Source: a virus
Lineage: Duplodnaviria; Caudoviricetes
IMG/VR virus record: IMGVR_UViG_3300024344_000017
Coordinates: 1 to 53,802 of that record
Direction: 5' to 3' (one strand)
Length of the DNA stretch: 53,802 nt
Each line of letters opens with the position of its first letter. The stretch's first letter is position 1. The notes under the pieces were generated by a model. That model saw only the letters and a program-made list of their open reading frames with translations. It was not told where the DNA came from and did not search any database. Below, piece by piece: positions 27,919-36,022 of the stretch. The position numbers and the translations under genes are program-made.

Positions 27919-28839
27919 CTACTTATCTATTAGACTTTCACCCTTTTGTCTAGTTTGTGCTCTTTCTATTTCCGCATCTGCGTCTAAACAATGGTGCATT
28001 TTTTCTCTGTAATAACAAACGATTGATATTCTTTCGTATGCTAGTTTTGCTTTAGTTTCTGTATTAGCGTGGTATTCGTGAACATTGAAGAAACAAACAT
28101 CGCCTGAACGAACATCAAACGCTACTCTGTATCTTGGTATTACTGTGTAAGCACCTTCATATTGACCTGCTTCTAATACAGCTAAATTTCCTAAACCTTC
28201 TGCATAATCTCCTGCATCTACATGCAATGCAGTTCTGAAGTTTTTGTTAACAGTTATAGTCGTGAATACAGTATCTTTGATAAGAAAATCTTTGCTTGTT
28301 TTTTCTGCCATAGCTTTTTGATTGGCATATCTTTCAGGACAGGCTTCTGCAAAAAGTTTATCTATATAGTGTATGTATGGATAAGCGTCTTTGAACTGTT
28401 GAAAATTCTTTTCATACCAAGATGTTTGTCGGCAGTAAGGAAACCTAGCGTTCCTATCAAAAAACCCTACAACACCTGAGTTTACTGTATTGGCTCTTGA
28501 GGTATTGCTCAAAGTTCCATCTTTTTTGATACCGCTAAACCTTATTTTACTTAAATCGCCTATGTCCCAATCGGTTTTGGTTTGTTCAGATATTATTCCG
28601 CCTGCAGCACCTCTGTTGTTAGTTGGCGCAGCAGCATTTCTTAATGCTTTCCATGCATCTTTGCATAAACTAGAAGGTATTTTGTTTTTTCTGAAAAAAA
28701 ATAATGGCTCACCATTTTCACCATAGGCATCACAATCATCTCTTATGACTGTGTCGTAGTCTTTTTCTGTTATCCACTCTCCTTTACGCTTTGCTATCTC
28801 TTGTTTTGTGTAGTGTGGTTTTAAATTATAAACTTTCAT
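27919..28839 (-). CDS. TET/JBP-family 2-oxoglutarate/Fe(II) 5-methylpyrimidine dioxygenase
   Basis: FTTITVNKNFRTALHVD (HxD), GD.....H..H.N distal His, RISIVCY (Rx5-aromatic). Confidence 0.88.
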   Translation of the reverse strand: MKVYNLKPHYTKQEIAKRKGEWITEKDYDTVIRDDCDAYGENGEPLFFFRKNKIPSSLCKDAWKALRNAAAPTNNRGAAGGIISEQTKTDWDIGDLSKIRFSGIKKDGTLSNTSRANTVNSGVVGFFDRNARFPYCRQTSWYEKNFQQFKDAYPYIHYIDKLFAEACPERYANQKAMAEKTSKDFLIKDTVFTTITVNKNFRTALHVDAGDYAEGLGNLAVLEAGQYEGAYTVIPRYRVAFDVRSGDVCFFNVHEYHANTETKAKLAYERISIVCYYREKMHHCLDADAEIERAQTRQKGESLIDK

Positions 28840-29452
28840 CTTTATAACACTTCTCCACAGCCATATATATTGTGTCTGTGAGGTTTTCTTGACCCCACTT
28901 TTCTTTCAATCCTGCGACCATTTCCTGAAATACTGGCTCTGTTTCTTGTGTTAAAAAGATATTGACCATACGGACATTGCTCGTTTGTATATCGTCAAAG
29001 TCAGCAATATTAGTTTCTGTTATTATTTCTTCTGGTTCTGTGAACTCTATTAAGTTTTCAGTTAATTTTTCTATTTCTCTAAAATCAAATCCAGTTAAAT
29101 CCATATCAAAATTAGCTTCTGCTAGTTTCGCAAATTCTTCTGATAACATTTCTGTGTCCCACTCAGACGAGTCTTGGCTTTTGTTGTCCATTATCCTGTA
29201 AGCAGTTTTTTGTGCTTCTGTCAGACCTTTTGCTATATGAACAGGTACTTCTTCCATTTCCAACAATCTTGCAGCTTTAATTCTAGTGTGCCCTGCTAGT
29301 ATCACATTTTCTTCATCTACGATAATCGGCACTTTCCAACCGACTTCTTTGATGCTCATAATAACTTTCTCAACAGACTCTTTATTTATACGAGGGTTAT
29401 TCTCATATTCTTTTAATGCCTCTGTTTTCATCATTTGAACATCGTATGCCAT
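28826..29452 (-). CDS. ParB/Srx N-terminal domain protein (no methyltransferase domain)
   Basis: NPR, SI...G...PI.VD, ILAGHTR..AA, AYRI.DNK motifs; GGAG RBS before ATG 29452. Confidence 0.85.
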   Translation of the reverse strand: MAYDVQMMKTEALKEYENNPRINKESVEKVIMSIKEVGWKVPIIVDEENVILAGHTRIKAARLLEMEEVPVHIAKGLTEAQKTAYRIMDNKSQDSSEWDTEMLSEEFAKLAEANFDMDLTGFDFREIEKLTENLIEFTEPEEIITETNIADFDDIQTSNVRMVNIFLTQETEPVFQEMVAGLKEKWGQENLTDTIYMAVEKCYKDESL

Positions 29453-29453
29453 A

Positions 29454-29663
29454 TTATTTCTCCAAATAAAAATCATTGGGCGACACTTGTTCTTTGGTCG
29501 CTATGTAGATTATGTTTAATTCCTTCTTTCTAGGTATGCGTTGACCTAGAATGTATTTAGCTAATGTGCCTTGTGGTAGCGTGTGCCCTGTTTGCTCTTT
29601 CACTTCTTTTATAAAGGCAGACTGGGTGTATTTATTGTCTTTTAAATATTCTGTTAAAGTCAT
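29454..29663 (-). CDS. Cro/XRE-like helix-turn-helix regulator
   Basis: 69 aa; TQ.AF...QGTLAKY..G.RIP...I..AT...V.PNDFY pattern; divergent arrangement with operators upstream. Confidence 0.78.
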   Translation of the reverse strand: MTLTEYLKDNKYTQSAFIKEVKEQTGHTLPQGTLAKYILGQRIPRKKELNIIYIATKEQVSPNDFYLEK

Positions 29664-29671
29664 GTTTTCAC

Positions 29672-29748
29672 TTGCTTATATTCCAATAAGGGATTATACT
29701 TGCTTTATTCCTAAATGGAATTATAGTTAAGAACATTAAATTCGTCAA
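29672..29748. promoter_or_regulatory. Bidirectional control region with two operators and overlapping promoters
   Basis: Operators at 29680-29694 and 29707-29721 (perfect ATTCC-N5-GGAAT); rightward TTGCTT-17-TATACT (29672-29700); leftward TTGACG(29748-29743)-17-TATAAT(29725-29720). Confidence 0.75.
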
Positions 29749-29773
29749 ATGATATTAAAATGAGGAGAATAAA

Positions 29774-30565
29774 ATGAACGATCCATTTCAAATTCATGAA
29801 ATAGAACACCTTTCCCCATCGTCTATCAATACTTTTATTGATGATGTGCCTATGTGGATAATGCGTTATCTTTTTAAGTACAGACATGGTGGAAATCCTG
29901 CAATGTGGAGAGGAACTGTCGTTGACCACGCTGTAGGGAACTTGTATGGCTATAATGAGAAGAATAAGCACCTAACCATACCTGAAGCGTTAAAAGAGTC
30001 TGAGAGAGAGTTTAAGACGCTTAAACACTACTGTAAAAAAGAATACCCTTCACAAACGATAGACGACACAAAATATAAGCGTGAAGGAGCAACAGTAAGC
30101 ACTTATGCAAAAACTGCGCTAGATTTCTATAAGAAGATGGGTAAACCTACTGCTTATCAGAAACAAGTAAACCTATTCATTGAAGATATACCTGTTCCAA
30201 TTATGGGTTATATAGACCTTCAATACCAAGACATTATTAGGGATATAAAGACCACAGGTCGTTTGCCTAGTAAAGTATCTGACGCTCATGCTAGACAGGT
30301 TTCTGTCTATGCTAAAGCAGAAGGATGTTCGCCAGTATTAGACTATGTCTATGTTTCATCTAAGGGAAACGAAGTTGTTACTAGACCTGTTGATAATGTT
30401 GATGAACATATAAATGTGGTAAGAAAAGTATCATTAGCAATAATGAATTTCTTATCTTTTTCAAATGATAAATATGTTTTAGCACAATCTGTTTATCCAA
30501 ATTTTGACGATTGGAAATGGTCAGAAGATGAAATCAAATTCGCTAAAACAATATGGAGTAAATAA
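29774..30565 (+). CDS. PD-(D/E)XK exonuclease (RecB/Cas4-like fold, recombination)
   Basis: HLSPSSIN, RGT.V, GYIDL, DIKTT, Q...Y motifs. Confidence 0.82.
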   Translation: MNDPFQIHEIEHLSPSSINTFIDDVPMWIMRYLFKYRHGGNPAMWRGTVVDHAVGNLYGYNEKNKHLTIPEALKESEREFKTLKHYCKKEYPSQTIDDTKYKREGATVSTYAKTALDFYKKMGKPTAYQKQVNLFIEDIPVPIMGYIDLQYQDIIRDIKTTGRLPSKVSDAHARQVSVYAKAEGCSPVLDYVYVSSKGNEVVTRPVDNVDEHINVVRKVSLAIMNFLSFSNDKYVLAQSVYPNFDDWKWSEDEIKFAKTIWSK

Positions 30566-30566
30566 A

Positions 30567-31244
30567 ATGAACGATACATTATTAAATTGTATAAGTGAGA
30601 TAGCTAACCTTACCAACGCTGATAAGGTTAATATCAAAGGCAAGTTCTACACTACTGTTGACACTAGGGTAGATATTTTTAGAAAACATTTCGGCACGAA
30701 TGCTTTTGTTCTAACCGAAATAGTCACTGACGACCTAGAGCGTGTTGTTGTGAAAGCTACAATATCGGTTAAAAACGATGGTGTATATCACGAGATAGGA
30801 ACTGGTTTTGCAGAAGAATTCAGAGGTGTAGGAATGGTCAATAAGACATCTGCCTTAGAAAACTGCGAAACATCTGCTATCGGCAGAGCATTAGCTTCTT
30901 GTGGTCTTGGTGGTGGTGCGTATGCTTCCTCTTTTGAAGTTGACAATGCTATTAATAACAAAGAAGAAGCACCTGACCTTTCTAGTGGTTATGTGTTAAG
31001 ACGACCAAGCGGAACTGTATTGCAACATTGTGTTGATGAAAAGTTGTTCCTTAAGACTTTGAGAGAGTTTTTAGGCGACCCAACAAATGACGAACACAGA
31101 GCATTATATGAAACTAATGCTAGTGAGATACAAAAAGCGTCCGAACACGCTACATTAAAGAAAGATAAAGATGCCTATGCAAAACTCATCTCTCTTTATG
31201 ATGATGCGAACCAAGCACCAGAAGAAAATGAACAAAGCAAATAG
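30567..31244 (+). CDS. Putative single-strand annealing protein (Rad52/Sak-like)
   Basis: KGK.Y..V..R, VVKATI, G.AEE, ENCETSAIGRALA; position after the exonuclease. Confidence 0.5.
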   Translation: MNDTLLNCISEIANLTNADKVNIKGKFYTTVDTRVDIFRKHFGTNAFVLTEIVTDDLERVVVKATISVKNDGVYHEIGTGFAEEFRGVGMVNKTSALENCETSAIGRALASCGLGGGAYASSFEVDNAINNKEEAPDLSSGYVLRRPSGTVLQHCVDEKLFLKTLREFLGDPTNDEHRALYETNASEIQKASEHATLKKDKDAYAKLISLYDDANQAPEENEQSK

Positions 31245-31500
31245 CATAACTGATTATGTGTTTTTGTGTATGCGAGATGGTTCTTGGTGGACTTTTTGGG
31301 ATTTGCAAAGCGTTATAAACGACAAAACTGGCAAATTCTATGGAGAACCCTCTATATCTGCAGCTATACGAGATTTAAGGAAACAACCTTATAGAGTCAA
31401 GTATAGTTTGCCGATGTTGAGGGAAATTGTAGAAAAAAAAAGAATAACTGGTAAGAAAGGTTATAAATATAGACTTATAGTAGGAGAAGATTATGTCTGA
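31228..31500 (+). CDS. Small winged-helix protein
   Basis: WWT..DL, E.SISA.IRDLRK pattern. Confidence 0.55.
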   Translation: MNKANSITDYVFLCMRDGSWWTFWDLQSVINDKTGKFYGEPSISAAIRDLRKQPYRVKYSLPMLREIVEKKRITGKKGYKYRLIVGEDYV

Positions 31501-31915
31501 TAAATTTGAAATGAAAAATAATACTGGTAGTTTCTTTCACGAAACTAGCGTCACTGTGCCACGCAAGGGTAAATTCAAACTAAACGAAGTGGAGCGTTAT
31601 GGTGCTATTCTTAAGTATGAGGATAGGAATGGCAACGAAAAATACGAACTAGTTCAATCTTTGGGACTATTGCATTACAACGCACCAGAAGATAAACAGC
31701 ATGAACGCACCCCAGATATTGGCGGTAAAATTACGCTTATTGACTCTGTTGATGAAAATAGCAAAGTGTTTAAGTGTGGCGGATATGCCAACCAAACACA
31801 GCAAGGTGTTGATTTCACAAAACTGTTATTCACACCTTACGATAGTGAAGGCAATTTGCAAATACCAGACCGCAAAGACAACGATGGAAATGTAGATAAA
31901 AAACCTGCATTCTGA
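31493..31915 (+). CDS. Putative single-stranded DNA-binding protein
   Basis: N.G.F, PD..GKI, acidic tail ending in PAF; recombination context. Confidence 0.45.
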   Translation: MSDKFEMKNNTGSFFHETSVTVPRKGKFKLNEVERYGAILKYEDRNGNEKYELVQSLGLLHYNAPEDKQHERTPDIGGKITLIDSVDENSKVFKCGGYANQTQQGVDFTKLLFTPYDSEGNLQIPDRKDNDGNVDKKPAF

Positions 31916-32253
31916 TGAGTATAGAAACTGAGTCATGGATGCACCAAATAAGGTCTTTGGCAGAACCAATACAACAAGCGGAATATGAAGTCTTTGAAGC
32001 AGAAGCTAATGTAAAGAAAACTATAGCTAGATTAAAGCTAGAAGCAACGCACAAAGGCAAAACCACAGTATCTGCACAAGAAGTGTATGCTGAAAATACA
32101 GAACAGCTTCATGCAGCAAGATTAAATGTTGGTCTTAAAAGAGGGCAATTAAGTGGGTTAAAGGTTAAACTAGATGCTATAAAAATTGGTTTTGAAGAAT
32201 GGCGAACTAAAATGGTAAACCATAGAGAAGAAAAAAAGAGGTATGGTGCATAA
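31915..32253 (+). CDS. Hypothetical coiled-coil protein
   Basis: Coupled helical ORF ending EEWRT. Confidence 0.6.
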   Translation: MSIETESWMHQIRSLAEPIQQAEYEVFEAEANVKKTIARLKLEATHKGKTTVSAQEVYAENTEQLHAARLNVGLKRGQLSGLKVKLDAIKIGFEEWRTKMVNHREEKKRYGA

Positions 32254-32262
32254 CTGATATAA

Positions 32263-32598
32263 ATGAAACCTAGTAGCGCAAAGGCGAAAGGAAGATTATT
32301 GCAACAATGGTTTGCAGATATGTTAGTGCGTGTCCTGAATATAAACCCAGAAGATTTAGAATCACGACCTATGGGTAGTGGCGGTGAAGATATCATACTA
32401 GGTGTTGAATCACGCAGAAAATTCCCTATGAGTATTGAGTGTAAGAACCAAGAAAGAGTTAATGTTTGGGAAGCGTATAGCCAAGCTGAAACTAATTGTA
32501 AGGGTTATGAACCTTGTTTAGTTATCAAAAGAAATCGCCATAAACCTTTAGTTGTTGTAGATGCTGAATTTTTTGTTGAGTTATTTAACGAAAAATGA
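32263..32598 (+). CDS. Holliday-junction-resolvase-like PD-(D/E)XK nuclease
   Basis: SAKAKGR, G..G.DI, IECKNQE motifs. Confidence 0.75.
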   Translation: MKPSSAKAKGRLLQQWFADMLVRVLNINPEDLESRPMGSGGEDIILGVESRRKFPMSIECKNQERVNVWEAYSQAETNCKGYEPCLVIKRNRHKPLVVVDAEFFVELFNEK

Positions 32599-32915
32599 AA
32601 GGCAGAAATCCAACAGTAGCAGAAAAGAAACACATGGACTCGGTTAGAGAACTTGGTTGTATAGTGTGCAGACTACAAGGAAAAGGCATAAGACCTTGCG
32701 AAATACACCACATTGAAGGCAAAACCAAACCTAACGCACATTTCTTAGTATTGCCTTTATGCTTTGAGCATCATCGTATGGGTAGCGACAAAGAACCTAT
32801 TAGCAGACACCCTTATAAAAAAAGATTTGTAGAAGCGTATGGGACAGAGCAAGAATTACTAAAACAAGTAGAAGAATTGCTACAAATAGATTATGCCGAC
32901 ACATTACCTTTTTAA
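32595..32915 (+). CDS. Ref-like (RecA-dependent) HNH nuclease
   Basis: LGCIVC, EIHHI, VLPLC..HHR zinc/HNH motifs. Confidence 0.75.
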   Translation: MKGRNPTVAEKKHMDSVRELGCIVCRLQGKGIRPCEIHHIEGKTKPNAHFLVLPLCFEHHRMGSDKEPISRHPYKKRFVEAYGTEQELLKQVEELLQIDYADTLPF

Positions 32916-32954
32916 ATACTTGCTGAAATTACTTGTTAAAATAAGCTAATTATT

Positions 32955-32995
32955 ATTCCGAAAAGGGTTGTTTTTTATCTAAAACTTGTTATAAT
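32955..32995 (+). promoter_or_regulatory. Operator copy (ATTCC-GAAAA-GGGTT) overlapping a sigma70 promoter
   Basis: TTGTTT(32968)-16 bp-TATAAT(32990), with extended TG. Confidence 0.78.
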
Positions 32996-33030
32996 ATATG
33001 TATATAAAACATAAAATGAAGGAAAATAAA

Positions 33031-33375
33031 ATGACTAAAATTAACGATAAAATGAAAGATAAAATGAAACTAGCTGAACTTCGTTTGCGTAAGAAAATGA
33101 ATAAAATAGAAGTTATTCTAGAAGCTAGAGATGAAAATGACCCAATACTTTCTAAGTATATAAACATGGGTTTTGTTAATACTCCAGAAGAAGTTGACAC
33201 TCTAATTGATACTTATGCAGAGCAGTTTCTACTTTTGGTTGAGCAAAATAGCGACTTGATGTGTGATTTCGGTATGGAGATTGAACATCTAACACCATGC
33301 CCTGTAATACAGAACTGGGAAGGAAGTCATGCTATTTTGGTTAAATACCCTAATGGAAATGTTGAGATACTTTAA
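33031..33375 (+). CDS. Early hypothetical protein
   Basis: TGAAGGAAAATAAAATG leader; start corrected to 33031. Confidence 0.68.
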   Translation: MTKINDKMKDKMKLAELRLRKKMNKIEVILEARDENDPILSKYINMGFVNTPEEVDTLIDTYAEQFLLLVEQNSDLMCDFGMEIEHLTPCPVIQNWEGSHAILVKYPNGNVEIL

Positions 33376-33416
33376 TTCCAAAAAGGGTTGTTTTTAGTAT
33401 AGATAAATGTTATAAT
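33375..33416 (+). promoter_or_regulatory. Operator copy (ATTCC-AAAAA-GGGTT) overlapping a sigma70 promoter
   Basis: TTGTTT(33388)-17 bp-TATAAT(33411), with extended TG. Confidence 0.8.
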
Positions 33417-33442
33417 ATAAGTATAAATTGAAGGGGAATAAA

Positions 33443-34321
33443 ATGAAAAAAAATGAAGTGTTCAAAAAAATCCAAACTAAGATTTTAGAACTGATGGAAA
33501 CTGAAGGTACTAATTGGACTAAATCTTGGCTCGGTTGTGGTCGTCCGACCAACGCTATAACTAAAAGACAATACAGAGGTATGAACCACTTTTGGTTATC
33601 AGTTCAAGGTTTCACATCAAACGAATGGGCAACTTTTAAACAATGGTCTAATGCAGGTCACAAAGTTAAGAAAGGTTCAACTGCCAGTCATGTCGTTTTT
33701 TGTGAAGTAAAAGACAAAAAGAAAGAATGGCTTAATGAAAAAGAAAGGGCAGAATTTCTTGAAACTGGCAAATTGCCTAAATACTGGCTTTGGAAAGTAT
33801 TCCCAGTATTCAATGCAGACCAAATAGATGGTTATGTTTCAGACAACATTGTTGAAAATCAAAAAACAGAACTAACTATTGATGAAGCATCAGAAATACA
33901 ATCTTTCATAGATAACTGCAACGCTGAAATAACTCATGGTGGTGATGTAGCTTGTTATATACCTAGTAGTGATAAAATCAATATGCCTGAAATGAAGTCT
34001 TTCTTTTCTGATGTTGATTACTTTTCCACCCTACTGCACGAACTAACTCATTGGACTAGAGAAAAGGGCAGAACTAATAGACAAGACAAAGACCTTGAGT
34101 ATGCTCAAGAAGAACTGGTCGCCGAAATTGGTTCAGCTTTCCTTTGCCAGTTGCTTGGTGTAGAAAAAACTGTAAGACCCGACCATGCTCAATACCTAAA
34201 CGCTTGGAAAGAAAGAATAGCGGATAGTGAAAAAGCAATGATAAGTGCTTTCAGCGATGCACAAAAAGCAGTAGATTTTTTAACTAATTTACAAGAGAAA
34301 AAAGAGAGAGAGGCTGCATAG
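33443..34321 (+). CDS. ardC: ArdC-like antirestriction / ssDNA-binding protein with zincin domain
   Basis: W..P.N....YRG.N, WATFKQW, VKKG, VFNADQ, TLLHELTHWT, YA.EELVAE.GSAF motifs. Confidence 0.85.
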   Translation: MKKNEVFKKIQTKILELMETEGTNWTKSWLGCGRPTNAITKRQYRGMNHFWLSVQGFTSNEWATFKQWSNAGHKVKKGSTASHVVFCEVKDKKKEWLNEKERAEFLETGKLPKYWLWKVFPVFNADQIDGYVSDNIVENQKTELTIDEASEIQSFIDNCNAEITHGGDVACYIPSSDKINMPEMKSFFSDVDYFSTLLHELTHWTREKGRTNRQDKDLEYAQEELVAEIGSAFLCQLLGVEKTVRPDHAQYLNAWKERIADSEKAMISAFSDAQKAVDFLTNLQEKKEREAA

Positions 34322-34330
34322 CCTCTCTTT
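34307..34330 (+). terminator. Putative intrinsic terminator
   Basis: AGAGAGGCT-GCAT-AGCCTCTCT-TT at the ardC stop. Confidence 0.55.
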
Positions 34331-34349
34331 ACTCTTGGGGGAGAATAAT

Positions 34350-34655
34350 ATGATTATGAACAAACTCTTAGAAATCCAGTCTATCATAGAAGATAGAGCA
34401 ATACCAAGCGACATGAATGACGAACAGTTGCCCTTCTATTTTTCTGAATCTAAAGACCAATACATCAACATACTTTTTATGGACTCTGTGCATTTGCTCA
34501 GAAGTTTCGCTAAAACATTGCAAGAAGTAGAAAGATTGAGGGAAGAAAACTGCGAATTGCAAGGTATGAATAGTGAAATACCACAAGAAGAAAAGGAAAC
34601 ACTAGTTCAAATATGGGATTTATTAAACAAAGAAAAAACAAGGAGTGCAAAATGA
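34350..34655 (+). CDS. Hypothetical protein
   Basis: GGGGAG RBS; Y.SESK...I.I..M...HL pattern. Confidence 0.6.
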   Translation: MIMNKLLEIQSIIEDRAIPSDMNDEQLPFYFSESKDQYINILFMDSVHLLRSFAKTLQEVERLREENCELQGMNSEIPQEEKETLVQIWDLLNKEKTRSAK

Positions 34656-34843
34656 CTATACCAGTAATATCTTTTAATAAACAGGTTCGTACCGACCTTG
34701 AAAACAAATATGGTATAACTAGGGACACACTTATAAAAGATGTGCAGAAACTAATGAATAAAGAAGATTATGAAACATGGGTTAACGCTTTTAAATACCC
34801 TAATCGCATAGTGCTTCGTGTTATAGATGGCGGTGTTTTATGA
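34652..34843 (+). CDS. Hypothetical protein
   Basis: AAGGAG RBS, ATGA coupling. Confidence 0.6.
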   Translation: MTIPVISFNKQVRTDLENKYGITRDTLIKDVQKLMNKEDYETWVNAFKYPNRIVLRVIDGGVL

Positions 34844-35151
34844 GTATTTCAGAATACGAATTATTCAAACGACTTGACGCTGAGTTTGATGATGTTAATT
34901 TCAGCACATATCCAGTAAGCAAACCTACATCAGAAATAATGGTCAGCTTTCCTGTAGAAAACATTGCTTCTATACGAAAAAGTGTCCCTACTTACGATGG
35001 CTACCAAGAAATACTAGAGCGTGTAATAGGCATTATAATAAATGAAAAGTTAGATGATATGGTTGAAGATAGTTTAGTAACAAAGGTGCGTATCTTTGAA
35101 GACGAAATATCTACAATGCTATCAGGACGATATGACGATGTTGATGAATAA
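34840..35151 (+). CDS. Hypothetical protein
   Basis: ATGA coupling. Confidence 0.6.
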   Translation: MSISEYELFKRLDAEFDDVNFSTYPVSKPTSEIMVSFPVENIASIRKSVPTYDGYQEILERVIGIIINEKLDDMVEDSLVTKVRIFEDEISTMLSGRYDDVDE

Positions 35152-35326
35152 TACTTACTTGGAATTACCGCAATTCATTTATGACAAAAAACAAACGCAT
35201 GAGTCTAATTTTCAAGTTTGGTATGACATGAATTGTTGGGAAAAAAAAGGATTTAATGAAGATGTTTATACTACAAAAGAAGCAAGAAAGGTTTTTAATT
35301 CTCTTTATAGTAAATCTTTATTTTAA
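35138..35326 (+). CDS. Hypothetical protein (start uncertain)
   Basis: Last plus-strand ORF; converges with the late operon. Confidence 0.5.
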   Translation: MLMNNTYLELPQFIYDKKQTHESNFQVWYDMNCWEKKGFNEDVYTTKEARKVFNSLYSKSLF

Positions 35327-35574
35327 TTTTTGACAGAAGTCAGAGATGGCTTTGATTGTTTGCTTTCAGAACTGTATTTAATGTTGAGACCTGCAAGTGT
35401 GCATAGACGATTTTTCTCATCAAGACCTTTGTCTGTTATAGCGTAGATATTATCTTTTTTTTCAGCGAACCCTAACTGCACAATCTCCAACAACGCTTCA
35501 TCAGGTACTTCCTCTTTGAACATTACAGAAAGTATCGCACCTAATCTTTTGTTTTGTTTTTTACTTAATGCCAT
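35323..35574 (-). CDS. Hypothetical protein after the endolysin
   Basis: ORF adjacent to the lysozyme stop. Confidence 0.55.
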   Translation of the reverse strand: MALSKKQNKRLGAILSVMFKEEVPDEALLEIVQLGFAEKKDNIYAITDKGLDEKNRLCTLAGLNIKYSSESKQSKPSLTSVKN

Positions 35575-35577
35575 GCC

Positions 35578-36021
35578 TTAAACATCAATCCATTCCTCAC
35601 CTTGAAACATTAAAGATTCAGCTTCCCTTCTCCTAATCAAACCATCTAAAGTGTTGCCACCTGCTTTATTCCATCTACGCATTTCTGATGGGACTTGCTC
35701 GTATTTGCCTTCATTCAATACTTTAAGCATAGTAGATGCTTTCAGATTTCCTACACCTAGATTGAATGTCCATGCCACTAAAGCGTCAAACTGATTTTGT
35801 GATAAATCTACTGTTACGCTGTCATTAACATATTGTTCAAATTCCTCTATATCTTTATCTAACATAGCTTCTGCCATGTCTTGTGAAATAGACATGCCAT
35901 CTGTAACATCTGCTGTATGCCCATATCCAATTGTTAAAACATCTGCGCTACACAAATAGCTTTCCAGACGACACCCTTCAAACTTCTTAATTAAAGATAA
36001 ACCTTCTTGACTACATTTCAT
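35578..36021 (-). CDS. Endolysin, GH24 (P21/T4-type) lysozyme
   Basis: IKKFEG (catalytic E), D..TIGYGHT, QFDALV...FNLG, W....GL.RRR..E; true start MKCSQEG at 36021. Confidence 0.93.
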   Translation of the reverse strand: MKCSQEGLSLIKKFEGCRLESYLCSADVLTIGYGHTADVTDGMSISQDMAEAMLDKDIEEFEQYVNDSVTVDLSQNQFDALVAWTFNLGVGNLKASTMLKVLNEGKYEQVPSEMRRWNKAGGNTLDGLIRRREAESLMFQGEEWIDV

Positions 36022-36022
36022 T

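Noticed and set aside
28826-29452. ParABS plasmid-prophage partition system
   Set aside because: No ParA ATPase; the P-loop protein at 24371 has a kinase-type rather than deviant Walker A context; ParB sits in the modification operon
29454-29773. Classical lysogeny (CI/Cro plus integrase) module
   Set aside because: Only one short HTH, no S24 peptidase repressor and no recognisable integrase; temperate lifestyle not supported
29774-30565. Cas4 / CRISPR adaptation gene
   Set aside because: Lacks the four-Cys Fe-S pattern; lies in a recombination cluster
19627-33416. Repeated ATTCC-N5-GGGTT motif as a CRISPR array or att sites
   Set aside because: Copies are dispersed over 14 kb with no regular spacers and are tied to promoters; no cas or integrase genes
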